Source: Macrostomum lignano
Taxonomy: Eukaryota
Length of the DNA stretch: 64,000 bases
Direction: 5' to 3'
Assembly: GCA_002269645.1 (NCBI GenBank)
Contig: NIVC01003252.1
Coordinates: 1 to 64,000, forward strand
Shown: positions 25,564-39,347 of the stretch, piece by piece
Position numbering within the stretch: position 1 is the stretch's first letter
How the letters are laid out: the number at the start of each line of letters is the position of its first letter
Notes under the pieces: model-generated
Databases searched by the model: none
The model's input: only the letters and a program-made list of their open reading frames with translations
Told to the model about the DNA's origin: nothing
Position numbers and translations under genes: made by a program

Positions 25564-28530
25564 TCAAGTCAATATTTTCGAGACCAAACATCTCGGTTCC
25601 CTGCTCACCGATATCTGTCTGGTGCAGTTCAAACTTGTTCTGTTTTTCAGCACCCTGTCGTGGTCTTCACTGTTATCTAACGCAGTGTCCAGGCTAATTT
25701 CTAAAGCTTTCATTAATCTGGTACTAGTTACAAAGTCCGGTACACTGTAGAATCGGCGACTGCACCGCAGCTCTGACGTGGCTACAAAGAAAAACAACAG
25801 CCAGTCATCATCAACTTTTCGCGTGATGCAGACTTTGCAGAAGTTGCTGAGCTCCTGCCTTCGATGACATTTGGATTTCCAGTACAACTTGAATGCTTCT
25901 GTGGCAACTTCGGTGGTTAGAAGGTCGCTAACCAGAGGCTTTGCCAATTTTGACCAATCTCTTTCTTCCTGCATAAATTTAGTCTCGACATTCATGATGA
26001 GATCGTCGAACTCCCTTTGGTACTGCAGCTTATCCGTTGCCGTATTAAACGGGAACATTCCCTGGGTATTAGGCACTAAGGCTTTATTTTGTAGTTTCTG
26101 CAAGCCGCTGCTTGAGGCCAGCAGCTCAGCCAGGCCTAGCGTCAGTCCAGCAAAGTTAATGAGGTCCGGCTTCGATGCGTCGTACAGCGGTGGCGCCAGA
26201 GCAGTCAGTAGGATGTGAATGAAACCCCGAAAGTCTTCTGTCGTATAGACTTGTAAACTGCTGGGTTCCAGTTTTAATGAGATCAGATGAGGCAACTCAA
26301 AGATGCGGTATTTCTTACAGAACCTGGCGACATTCGCCCTCCAACGAGCAGTTGCGAAAGTGTAAAAACCGCACCTAAACCAGATTTTTCAGCCGATCCT
26401 CCCATTGACTTGAGTTTCCGATAGTTACGCAAGATTGTGTGACGTTGCTAGTTTAAGTGGTCCCGCAAAAGGGCCGTTGGACTATAGTTTCCCTTGCAAT
26501 TTCTCATTTTAATTTCTCCAATAGTTTATTTTAACGTTTACTTATAGTAGCGTGCAAATAATCTGGATCAACTGCTAATTCACTGTGTATTTGGTAGGCC
26601 TTGCGCTCGTCTGTGAATTTTGGCACGATCGATAATTTCAAATTCTCTCGCCAGCCAATGAAAACTCTCCGTGTTTTACGCTACCCATTTTGCGCTCTTT
26701 ATTAACCCCCGCCTGGTGGCGGGCTGGGGGCCTCCTCACTTCGCGGCTCTTGTTTTCCTTCTCCTGCCTTCTGTCTCGAGCCTCCTTATCTCTCGCCACG
26801 GCTCCTCTGTCTGGGCCAGCCTGTTTACACTGCCTGCCACTGTCTGCCACGGCTAGCGCCAATCTCACCACTACGCATCTGCCACTGCTGTGCTCATCGC
26901 CGTTAATCACCACAGTGCATGGCCTTGCATCACTCGCCTACCACTCGACTACAATTTCTAATTCACCTTCAATTCAAAAACATTGTTGCAGCCGCCAGTG
27001 TCCCAAAAGCACAATAAGTTCTGTATTAACATTAACCAAATTTGAATATTGATCTCAACAATAAAACAACTACGGCAGTTACCTGCCTTGTATGCCAAGT
27101 GCTCCGCTACACAATCCGCTTATCAAGACTTGACTCGATTCATTTTGGGACTACGACTTACGACAACTCTCGTAAAACGGCCCTTCTAAGGGTCATAGCC
27201 TCTACGCCAATAACGTGACAGATTGGATCATGATTTTTTAAGCAGCTCTTCGTCTTTGAGTTCTTTAAAGCCAGTAGAAAATATAATTGAGCTCACAGAG
27301 TTTCTAAAATATTCTTTATCGAATGGCCAAGCTGACTCATTCAAATTTGCTAGAAATACTTGTTTTACCTGATCAAACATGTCATTTACTCTATCAAATT
27401 CATCCTCTCGAAGATAGATGGATTTTTAGTTTTTTAATACCACAGGCTCCAAATTGAGCGTTGTCAATTTAAGGCACTGTTGCTTAATGTTATTATTAAA
27501 AATCCTTGTCAGGCTCAATATTCAGTCAACCAATAGTGCATTTACATATTCTGCGGCTCTAGGATTGTCAAGACGGAATCGCGCTGGAGCACTCTTCTTG
27601 AAATGATTCATGAAGTTGATAATTAGTTTCAGATCATCAGAGATAAACCGAATCTCTGGCGGACTTTTCACAGCTTCAATTGAATTTCCTATAAAAGCGC
27701 TGATAAACTTTGACCACAAAACGAATTTTTTGGTCTCATTATTGCAATTTAGGCTAAGCGAATCTATATATTGTACCTGTATTGACGCTGACGACCCGCT
27801 AGGAAAGTGGCTGCTCGGTTGACTTGTTGTGCGCCGGCAGTTGTAGAATGGGTTCTGATTTGCCAGAGATGTTTTTAAGCCAACCCGTGTCAGGTGTCTT
27901 CTTGAATATCTTCTGTAGGATTTTTCTAAGCGGCCGATAAATTTAATTTGCAAAAGCTTTTCATTACTAACTTCAGAACTATTGAATGACAACGAATTAG
28001 ATTTCATAGAGTTTTCAAATTTGTTTCCAATGCTGACCGAAAGCAGAGTTCTAGATCCGGTTTTAAGGATAGTCGCCAGTAACGTTTCCATTTGCAGGTG
28101 GCCATCGCGCCGCTCAACGTCTCGCAGTTGCTCCAACAGTACAGCCAGGCCCTGTTTCAGAAATTCCTTGGTCTGGGATTCCTCAATATGCATTTTGGAG
28201 CAGCTTTGGTACAGTATCCTGCTGAACTCTGCCAGCTCGATCATAAATGGTCTAGACAAGGCAGTCTTTGCTTTTCCCGACAGCATGTCTTCCAGTCGCT
28301 GCTTCACGGTGTCGAAAGCTTTCTCAATTTGGCGTTTGCTTGAACTGCTGATGCCATCGCAGCTCAGTTTGCGCAAGCTGCTGCAATTGCTAAGTTGAGC
28401 AGCCTTGCTCCATGAAGTCTCTCTATGGAAGGCTACATTGAGGCAGTCAAGTCGGGGGTGGTTGCAGTCGAGCTGGTTGTCAGCATTGACAGGCAAAGCA
28501 GAGAGATCAAAAGGCAAGAAAGCGGGGAGC
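25564..28530 (-). CDS. Large coding exons of an unknown protein (may join the 9-20 kb gene)
   Basis: Long non-repetitive ORFs 27522-28517 (331 aa) and 25564-26295 (243 aa), plus smaller open segments at about 27060-27480. No domain recognised. Confidence 0.55.
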
Positions 28531-29309
28531 TACTTTCCATGTTTTTTTTAAAGATTATTACACAAGAAAACGGAAAATTAGTTAAAACGAGTTGCACAAT
28601 ATCTTTTGGTGCAACTGCACTTTATATAATTGACTGATAATTGATCAGTAAGCAACTGCGTGTGAAAATAATATATTTTCTGACAATTTTTTAAACTGCT
28701 TAATGTTTATTTAAACCTACTAGTGCTGAGAAAACAGGCACGGTACCCTGCGAAAGCAGAGGGTGTAGCACACGCCCAATTTTTCAGTCTGGGATCAGGA
28801 CTGCTAATTGATACCGATTTCGCAGAATATTTTTGTGAAAATTTTCTGGCTAAGATATTGATACATGTTTTCTAGTACTCGAGAACTGCTATACAATGCT
28901 GATTTCTAAAATAAAAAAACATGCAGTTTCCAAAGTCTTCAAGCACTCACTGTTATATTTTTAATTTGCTATATTCAATCAAACCAGATGTTGACCAGCA
29001 CCTGTGGTAATGCCGACAGAAAATCTCTGTAGGTTCTGCGCCTCCCGTTGAATTTTCTTTAAATTGGTGTTGTTTGGGCCATAGACATTGCAGTCATCCT
29101 GACGCATGTAGAAACGAAGTCAAAAGGCACATCACCCCGACCCACTAAGGATGTCTACGGCCAAAAGATCATCGGCTAACGAGTTTGCTGTACAAGATAA
29201 AAAAAAGCTTATTTTTACCATAGATAAAAACATAGACGTACGGCTTTGCGGCATGGATGAAGGAATAAAAAGGATCGCTCATCTAAAAGGAAGTCTATGG
29301 TCAGGACTC

Positions 29310-29589
29310 CCTAAAAATTGGGATATTCCCCCCATAAATTTCATTGGCTGCTGGAATTTAATAATCGCCCCCTAAGTTCTTACTGACTGGAGTTTGTACG
29401 CAAAGGAAAATCCAAAGTCGCGATTAGCGTTGGACATCGATAACTGCCTCTTTCTGTGCCACGATGGCTTAAGGGAAAGAAATTAGCATTTCCCCCAAGT
29501 AAAAGTTTTAGCCATTAAGAACTTAGGGGGGCATTAATAAATTCCAGCAGCCAATGAAATTCATGGGTGGGAATATCCCAAATTTTAGG
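29310..29589. mobile_element. Small inverted-repeat element (MITE-like), about 72-bp arms
   Basis: CCTAAAAATTGGGATATTCCC...CCCCTAAGTTCTTA (29310-29382) versus TAAGAACTTAGGGGGG...GGGAATATCCCAAATTTTAGG (29516-29589). Confidence 0.7.
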
Positions 29590-30589
29590 AAGTACTAGCA
29601 ATCTACGCCCCCCGTTGGGGAGCCAAAGAAATGCAATACACGTTTTTTTAATAAGCTACATGTATCCTTGAAATCTTAAAAAATCTCCTGTCAAACCTTG
29701 TAAGCCTTGACATGTCAGTAATCCCCCCACAAGCTTTAACATATCAACTCCCCCCCTTGACATCTCAGCAATGCAATGGATTCCCAAATGAATCTCTTAA
29801 CTTCGACATGAAGCTTCTTTTATTTTTTACATTACGCTTTTTTTATCAGCGATCCCTCCCCTGAGGAGGCATCAAATAATGTAATAAAAAGTTTTCAATA
29901 AACTACATGTAGCTTCTGACTTTAGCTTTGAAATCTCATTTATACCCCCGTGAGCCTTGACATGTCAGCTATCCCCCCCCCCGTAAGCCTTGACATGTCA
30001 GCGATGGCCTCCATAAACCTTGAAATCTGAAAAATCCCCCGTTAACCTTGAAACCCGATAAAATATAACCCTCAACCCACACCTGACCTAAACCTAACTT
30101 TAACCCAACCTAAAGCCTTGAATCTCAGCAATTCTTCTCCCTAAGCCTTGACATTTTAGTGATTCCTTCTTTAAGAATCACAGCACTATAACGATTCCCT
30201 CGCTTTGACATCGTAGCAATTCCCAAATGAATCTTTTAACTTCGACATGACTTTTCTTTTATGTATACATAGTGCTACTTTTATTTTTTACATGACTCTT
30301 CTTCTATCAGCGCCCCCCCCCGTGGCGAGCCAACAAAAAATGTAATAAAAAAATTGAGTAAAGTAAATGAACTTTGAAGTAGCTTCTGACTGTTGCTTTG
30401 ACATCTCAGAAACGCCCCCATAATCTCAGTTATTCTCTGTGAGCCTTGACGTCTCAGTTTTTCTCCCTAGCCCAGCACTATAGCTTCATTTAATTTTTAC
30501 ATGACACCTTTCATGTCTAACATGACGCTTCTTTTATTCTACCATGATGCTTCTTAATTTTTTAAATGACACTTTCATTAGTTTTTAAA

Positions 30590-33480
30590 GGAGGCTTCTA
30601 TGATTTTTATATGACGCTTCTATGATATTTTACATGACGCTTCTATGATTTTTTATATGACGCTTCTATCATTTTTACATAACGCTTCTATGATTTTTAC
30701 ATGACGCTTCTATGATTGTTTACATGACGCTTCTATGATTTTTTATATGACGCTTCTATCATTTTTACATAACGCTTCTATGATTTTTACATGACGCTTT
30801 TATGATTTTTTACATGACGCTACTATGATTTTTACATGACGCTTCTATGATTGTTTACATGACGCTTCTAGGATTGTTTACATGACGCTTCTATGATTTT
30901 TACATGACGCTTCTATGATTGTTTCATGACGCTTCTATGATTGTTTACATGACGCTTCTATGATTTTTATATGACGCTTCTACGATTTTTGCAGGACGAT
31001 TCTATGATTGTTTACATGACGCTTCTATGATTTTTACATGACGCTTCTATGACTGTTTACATGACGCTTCTATGATTTTTATATGACGCTTCTACGATTT
31101 TTGCAGGACGATTCTATGATTTACATGACGCTTCTATGATTTTTACATGACGCTTCTATGATTGTTTCATGACGCTTCTATGACTGTTTACATGACGCTT
31201 CTATGATTTTTACATGACGCTTCTATGATTGTTTACATGACGCTTCTATGATTTTTTATATGACGCTTCTATCATTTTTACATAACGCTTCTATGATTTT
31301 TACATGACGCTTTTATGATTTTTTACATGACGCTACTATGATTTTTACATGACGCTACTATGATTGTTTACATGACGCTTCTATGATTGTTTACATGACG
31401 CTTCTACGAGTTTTTGCAGGACGATTCTATGATTGTTTACATGACGCTTCTATGATTGTTTACATGACGCTTCTAAGATTTTTTACATGACACTTCTATG
31501 ATTGTTTACATGACGCTTCTATGATTGTTCACATGACACTTCTATGATTGTTTACATGACGCTTCTATGATTGTTTACATGACGCTTCTATGATTTTTTA
31601 CATGGCGCTTCTATGATTGTTTACATGACACTTCTATGATTGTTTCATTACGCTTTTATGATTGTTTACATGACGCTTCTATGATTGTTTATATGACGCT
31701 TGTATGATTTTTACATGACGCTTCTATGATTGTTTCATGACGCTTCTATGACTGTTTACATGACGCTTCTATGATTTTTACATGAAGCTTCTACGATTTT
31801 TACATGACGCTTCTATGATTTTTTACATGACGCTTTTATGATTTTTAACATGACGCTTCTACGAGTTTTTGCAGGACGATTCTATGATTTTACATGACGC
31901 TTCTATGATTTTACATGACGCTTCTATGATTTTTACATGACGTTTCTATGATTTTTTACATGACGCTTCTATGATTGTTTCATGACGCTTCTATGATTGT
32001 TTACATGACGCTTCTATGATTGTTTACATGACGCTTCTATGATTGTTTACATGACGCTTCTATGATTGTTTACATGACGCTTCTATGATTGTTTACATGA
32101 CGCTTCTATGATTGTTTACATGACGCTTCTATGATTGTTTACATGACGCTTCTATGATTTTTACATGACGCTTCTATGATTGTTTACATGACGCTTCTAT
32201 GATTGTTTACATGAAGCTTCTATGATTGTTTACATGACGCTTCTATGATTGTTTACATGACGCTTCTATGATTGTTTACATGACGCTTCTATGATTGTTT
32301 ACATGACGCTTCTATGATTGTTTACATGACGCTTCTATGATTGTTTACATGACGCTTCTATGATTGTTTACATGACGCTTCTATGATTGTTTACATGACG
32401 CTTCTATGATTGTTTACATGACGCTTCTATGATTGTTTACATGACGCTTCTATGATTGTTTACATGACGCTTCTATGATTGTTTACATGACGCTTCTATG
32501 ATTGTTTACATGACGCTTCTATGATTTTTACATGACGCTACTATGATTGTTTACATGACGCTTCTATGATTTTTTACATGACGCTTCTATGATTGTTTAC
32601 ATGACGCTTCTATGATTGTTTACATGACGCTTCTACGATTTTATATGACGCTTCTATGATTTTTTAAAAGACGCTTCTATGATTTTTTACATGACACTTC
32701 TATGATTTTTTACATGACGCTTCTATCATTGTTTACACGACGCTTCTATGATTGTTTACATGACGCTTCTATGATTGTTTACATGACGCTTCTATGATTG
32801 TTTACATGACGCTTCTATGATTGTTTACATGACGCTTCTATGATTGTTTACATGACGCTTCTATGATTGTTTACATGACGCTTCTATGATTGTTTACATG
32901 ACGCTTCTACGATTTTTTACATGACGATTCTATGATTGTTTACATGACGCTTCTATGATTGTTTACATGACGCTTCTAAGATTTTTTACATGACACTTCT
33001 ATGATTGTTTACATGACGCTTCTATGATTGTTCACATGACACTTCTATGATTGTTTACATGACGCTTCTATGATTGTTTACATGACGCTTCTATGATTTT
33101 TTACATGGCGCTTCTATGATTGTTCACATGACACTTCTATGATTGTTTACATGACGCTTCTATGATTGTTTACATGACGCTTCTATGATTGTTTACATGA
33201 CGCTTCTATGATTGTTTACATGACGCTTCTATGATTGTTTACATGACGCTTCTACGATTTTTTACATGACGCTTCTATGATTGTTTACATGACGCTTCTA
33301 TGATTTTTTTACATGACGCTTCTATGATTTTTTACATGACGCTTCTATGATTCTTTAAATGACGCTTCTACGATTTTTATATGACGCTTCTACGATTTTT
33401 TACATGACGCTTCTATGATTGTTTACATGACGCTTCTATGATTTTTTAAATGACGCATCTATGATTTTTATATGACGCTT
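30590..33480. repeat. 22-23-bp satellite (TTTACATGACGCTTCTATGATTG), about 2.9 kb, about 125 units
   Basis: Directly visible; homogeneous core at about 32000-32900 with degenerate edges. Confidence 0.97.
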
Positions 33481-33789
33481 TTTTTTAAAGTCTTTTAGTT
33501 TTCCTGACGTTGAAAAGCTTTAATTAAAAAAATTCCACTCTATGAAAATATGAACCATCGTCGCTGCATTTAGCATTTCAGTTTGTTCACCTCTAGGCTA
33601 GCTCTCATCGTTTTGATAACATGAAATTTTTCACTTATATAATTCAACACTTTAAAATCCAAGCATAGAGTAAATCACACGAAGCAGTTATGACATAATC
33701 AGTTTCTCAGTCAGTCAGTATCAGTTAACAATATGGTTACACAATTTAAATCAAGTCTGGTGCTACGCTTCCACACTGCATTTTCAATT

Positions 33790-34090
33790 CAAGTCGGAGT
33801 TACAATTCAGTTATGATGCAATCTATTTCAGAATCAGAATTCAACCAGTCAGTTTTTTCTCTAGCATTCTTACAATGCATTTCAAGTCGAAAAGTTTGCT
33901 TGACCTTTGCAAAAAAGCATGTTTTTCGAATATTTAATGCCTTTAGCATCGAGCAATTTCTTAGCCACGATGCATGTACAGTCACGGGAAAATTTCTGAT
34001 CGAACAGTGCAAGTTCGAACAAAATCGGTCCAGCCATTTTTTCTCTAATCGATCACATAGACACAGACAGACCATTTTTAGTATATAGGA
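33790..34090 (+). mobile_element. Probable non-autonomous Helitron/Helentron-like repeat 3' end
   Basis: CAAGTTCGAACAAAATCGGTCCAGCC...ACAGACAGAC...TTTTTAGTATATAGGA resembles the ends of invertebrate microsatellite-carrying Helitron-like elements (recalled pattern). A related end occurs at 46060-46170. Confidence 0.45.
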
Positions 34091-34374
34091 TTGGCCATAG
34101 ACTCGCTTTCAGATGAGCGATCCATTCTATTCATTCATCCATGCTTTGCGTGCACCTTTTCACCTGTGAACTATAAAGGGGCCAGTTGGCAGAGTGTCGA
34201 TAGCAGTTCTCCTATAATTGCCATCCACTCAGCAAATAACCTGACGCAATTCTCTGCCTTTAAACGCAAGCCGCCCTAGTTACTCGTTGCTCATAGTCGA
34301 ATCGCAGATATTTCAAGAATCCTTGCTTAGCAACTCGAAACTCGAGCAGTATGGACAGCTGTTTCAGTTAATTA

Positions 34375-34595
34375 CACCTTTCTCGTTCAATTTTGATCAA
34401 AGTCCAGTTCTAAAAAACAAGCAGAAATTAAATTCAGACAATTCAGACTGGGGGAAGTTTTGTCTATGGCTAAACCTTGCTTCGGTAGCAGAATGTTTTG
34501 AACTGGGGTTTGTTGCCCCAGTCTGAGTTGTCTGAATTGAATTTCCGCTTGTTTTTTTAGAACTGGACTTTGATCAAAATTGAACGTGAAAGGTG
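34375..34595. mobile_element. MITE, 221 bp, about 80-bp TIRs, TA target duplication (Tc1/mariner-type)
   Basis: TA|CACCTTTCTCGTTCAATTTTGATCAAAGTCCAGTTCTAAAAAACAAGC...GCTTGTTTTTTTAGAACTGGACTTTGATCAAAATTGAACGTGAAAGGTG|TA. Confidence 0.85.
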
Positions 34596-34913
34596 TAGTA
34601 CGGAAGTCTTAATGCTGTAAATAAGTATGCCAACTTAGGGCAGCCCGATTAGCGAAATTTTCTGTCTTGCTTTTGACTGTTTGTCTATGTTTAAACGCCA
34701 AACTCGCTAGTAGAGGCAAAAAATCGATTTTTCCATTTTTGTTTACGAGCTGCACACCATTTTCTACGGCTTCAAACTTTCTATGGCCAAATCCAAGACT
34801 ACAAGACACAGTTCGACGAGAGGAGCGACTGATCGCTACACAGGATATTGCAGCAAAACTACAAGTGCAAGTTAAATCATAAACTAATTATCAATTATCT
34901 TCGAAATTATACA

Positions 34914-35168
34914 ATGGCCCAGCTGCTACTCTTCTTGTTGGTTCTGTTTGCTCTGATTGTCGATGGTGAGTTTCTAACATTCCCTTAGAACTCAGAACTC
35001 AGAACTCTAAATCAGTAACGAGACATTGTAACCCACCCTCGCCCATCCCTTGTTTCAGCCTTCAGTCGCAACTGCAAAGCAGCTGGTTCCTTTTGCAACA
35101 GCGATTCACAGTGTTGCAGCGAAAGCTGTTTAAACTGGCTGTTGGTGTCTGGAAACTGCATGGAATAG
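34914..35168 (+). CDS. Secreted inhibitor-cystine-knot (knottin, conotoxin-framework C-C-CC-C-C) peptide, 53 aa
   Basis: Exon 1 34914-34965 (gat g|gtgagt), phase-1 intron, exon 2 35059-35168 (tttcag|cc). Product MAQLLLFLLVLFALIVDAFSRNCKAAGSFCNSDSQCCSESCLNWLLVSGNCME*, with spacing C-6-C-5-CC-3-C-9-C. Confidence 0.85.
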
Positions 35169-35637
35169 GGCGACACGTGCGGTTGAGGTCACAATTGATT
35201 CAGTGCTCAAAATGTGTGCTTATTTCACACATTGAAAATGCACCCAATTTCAGTTCTGTCCAGCGTCGCGCATCCAAGTGCTTATCGGCTTTGCAGTGAC
35301 TTGACATGTTATTTTACTATTAGTAGTATCTATCTACGCAGCTGTGTTTTTTAGTAAATTCTAAACTCTAAAATATAATGTTCTTCGGCTCGACGCCTGT
35401 TGGTTGAAAATACTCCTACTTGAAAGTTTTTAAAAGTATTCTGATTTTTCAATAGCACTTTTAAACATGCTTCGTGACCATTAATGACGTATGGAAGAAA
35501 GTTGGATATCCGACAAAATTGCGTCAATTTTTTAAAAGTAAAATTCAAAGCTAAAAGGCATTTCACAAAAGACTATTGTAATCTTACTAATTTTCATCCT
35601 GACAAACAAACAGCCTTATATTTCAAAAATAAATTCG

Positions 35638-35760
35638 CAGTGTTTCACTGGCTCGATCATATTGTGGCTGGTCATTGTATCTAATAGGGCGACACGTGCA
35701 GACTGAGGTCATACATGTAGTTGATTTGGTGCTCAAACTGTGTGCTCAATACCGTTAGGC
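35638..35760 (+). pseudogene. Partial tandem duplicate of the knottin C-terminus and 3' UTR
   Basis: Reads VFHWLDHIVAGHCI* (compare CLNWLLVSGNCME*), followed by TAGGGCGACACGTGC...TGAGGTCA...GTGCTCAAA matching 35166-35220. Confidence 0.6.
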
Positions 35761-36555
35761 AGATATCCATTTATTTTTTACTGAAAATTACCTCCCATTT
35801 TAGCAGCGTTGAGCGTTCGAACTCTGTCGGTTTTGCTTTTACATGTTTTACTACTGATTGAAGTAGCATTTTAGCAGTATTTTAAATTATATTCCAAACT
35901 GACAATTTTATACAAGTAATATTCAAGGACAACTAGTGTTAGTGTTCCTAAGGACTAGTCTGCTGCATGACCGATGAATGCGAGCGTACAACAAGATGTT
36001 TTGCTTCTGTAATGTTTATGTAATTTTCTAAGTTTATGTAATGAGCAAGTACTTGTATCTGTAAAAGAAAGGAACTTCTTTGTTTTAAAAAGTAGCCTTG
36101 ATCTCAGTACCAGTAAAGATAAAGAAAAGCGTACCATGATGAATTTCTCGTAGGATACAATTGTGAGTTCTCGCCACCTGACGCGTATGCTACGAGCGTA
36201 CGACGTATATCTTCCTGTGGAGACTTCATCCTCTCCACGGGAGTTCAAAGCTGCGAGGTTTGATCGTCAAGTCTCTCGCTCCGTCGCACTTACTGCACTG
36301 AGCCTGGGAGCACAGGAGCCTGCAGTAGCCTCAGTGGAGCCTCAATAGACTAAAGACGTGGGAATTTTTGCACTCGCAACTTAGTTTTAAGGCTTGATTC
36401 CCATGGCAAGTCACTTCTTGTGTATACTGACTGAGTCGCTCGTTGCGCAAGTCATGCTTCGTGCGTAGTGAATTTGTGAAGCTGCTGTTGAACCTGGCTT
36501 TTAGAGAGAGAAGACTTATACAGCTAGCTATGGCGCATCTTGTCCTCCCGTCCTG

Positions 36556-37138
<583 letters not shown>

Positions 37139-38387
37139 TAGCATTCAAGCGCTAATTTCATCACAAATAAATACGAACGTACAGTTTCTGCTAAAATGCG
37201 CCTACTTCTATGATAATTAGCCCAAATCAAATATGGTGAAACATCTACACTGGATTACTCTTTTTGCTTGCAGTAGTTTTTAAACCAACCTCAATTTGTT
37301 TACATTTTTGTTTCAAGATTGGTAGAATCTACATTCGCATCAATCATTTCAGTGACATAAATTCGAAATTATATTTAAGTGAAGGTTTCAGACTTGTTTG
37401 ATCCTTTTTTTGCGAGGGCCTACGTAACTGTCGATGGAAAATACAGGTACAAAGCCTGCCGCGACGTCCCAGCAAAGGAACAGACGCGACCAGATGTCTC
37501 CTCGCTAGCTGTGGGTCGCCTATCCGCAAAGAAGTCGCGCCCATAAGTCAATCCATCTAAGAATGCGATCATGCGCGTCTATAAGAAAAAATCAAAACTG
37601 AGCCAGCCGTGTTTCCCGATGAAGTTATGCATTATGGCTGGTTTACTGGCACAAAGAAGAAGAAGCTGCTACGATCAACCCATGACTTAAAGCGTTGCTT
37701 ATAGTCAATTGTGACTCCCGAGAGTTAAACTGAGTTTTATAGTTTTTGCATTTTCTGTGAAACCCTTATTGAAGCATTCATGTATTTTTGGAAGCAAGTA
37801 AGACAAGAACCTACCATGGCTTCTAAAATCATTTTTCTACACGTAGAAGGGAATCGATTTTGGGACAAAATGATTATTTGAAAAGAAAATTCGAGACCGT
37901 ATCATGTATTTAGAAGATAGCCTACTCAAATAGCCTGTCTTGCCTTAAAGAAAAGTGCACTTACTTGAAGACCATAATCTTCCAGAGCTGCAAATGTGCA
38001 GAGAGCGAGAAAGATTGGCGAAATTAACAGGCTAATTCACCATGGTAACGAGGTTTTGAGTTTGGGATAAGGTTTTCGAGATTTCGTACGATAGTTTAGC
38101 GACTACAGCAGCTTGCGATACACATGTTCGTATAATTCATCCATTCATCTAAGGTCTATTTGCATTCAACCTTATCCCAAGCAAAACTAAATTTTTTTGG
38201 CAAGATCGGACCAATGTGATCGACAATTTTGATGCAATGCAAATCGCATTGATCTAAAAAACAGAGCCCTACACCATTGGTTCATTCATCCAAGATAGCG
38301 CGGATAGACGGCTATGAAACTTCTTTCATTTCTGTCCCGTACCACATCCCGCGGCTCCCAGGTGTGTCTCTAGCAGTCACGGCCGAC

Positions 38388-39066
38388 ACGTATCACCTGC
38401 CAACTATTCTCTGTGCTCTCCTCACCTGCGTGGCAGGCAGATTCGTTCACTTCTCCTACGTGGGCTGCTATGTTGACTTTACTGGCACAGTTCGAGACAT
38501 GAAAGGCATTACTAAAATGGGTAGCCTCGAAATGTCGCTTGAGATCTGCAGCGGTATCTGCTCTCTAAGCAGCTTCCCGTATTTCGGTGTGCAGTTTTCT
38601 AAGCAGTGCTTCTGCGATGCCTCCTTTGGGTCGCAGGGAAAGGGAGAAGAGAGAGAATGCAACATGACTTGCAGTGGAAACTCAGGTCAAATCTGCGGAG
38701 GTGCCCGTCGCAACTCGGTGTATGCTCTGAGCTACCCTGGTCAGTAACTGAGTGTCTTATTTCTCTTTTGCAATAAAGCGACCAAGACAAACCATAAAAA
38801 CTGGCACTTTGGTCCTCAATACAGTTTCAGACAGAAACAGCTACACGTTGGTAAAGCCAAGCAACCCGACTGTCACATTCAATAGAACTTGCTCTTTTCT
38901 CGTCGTTGCCCAGTCTGACGCGGACTGCCTGCTCCGTTGCAGCGCCAGAGCCGACTGCCACGCGGCCGTTTTCTCCAAACGGCTGCTCGCCTGCTACCTG
39001 CTTGACTTTGTCTACCCGCCAACCAGCCTGACCGGACCCGACTGGACTCTCTACCAGCGTGGCTGA
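38388..39066 (+). CDS. Secreted WSC + PAN/Apple protein C; start codon uncertain (ACG at the expected Met)
   Basis: Exon 1 to 38739 (cct g|gtcagt): (T)YHLPTILCALLTCVAG, then WSC YVGCYVD...MSLEICSGIC...PYFGVQFSKQCFC...ECNMTCSGNSGQICGG..RNSVY. Exon 2 38831-39066: CLLRCSARADCHAAVF...ACYLL. The frame is otherwise intact. Confidence 0.8.
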
Positions 39067-39347
39067 GCGTGTGTCCCAGTACAGCAATGGCTCAGCAACA
39101 GCAACTGGAACTGCTGTCTGTCTTTTTGAGAAGGCGTGAAATTTTACAGAAAACTAAAAAGGCTTAACATTTTTATAATTTTTTTTAATTAGGACAACAT
39201 TTTTCATGCAATCAGACATGTTGTTGGAGGCAGAGTTACCCTGCCCGATCAAATCTAACGATGATTGATTTTAACTACTCGTTATTGAGCGACGAGTCAG
39301 CCAGTCAGTATAAATAAATCTGCCGATGTCAGTCAGTCAGTCAGTCA

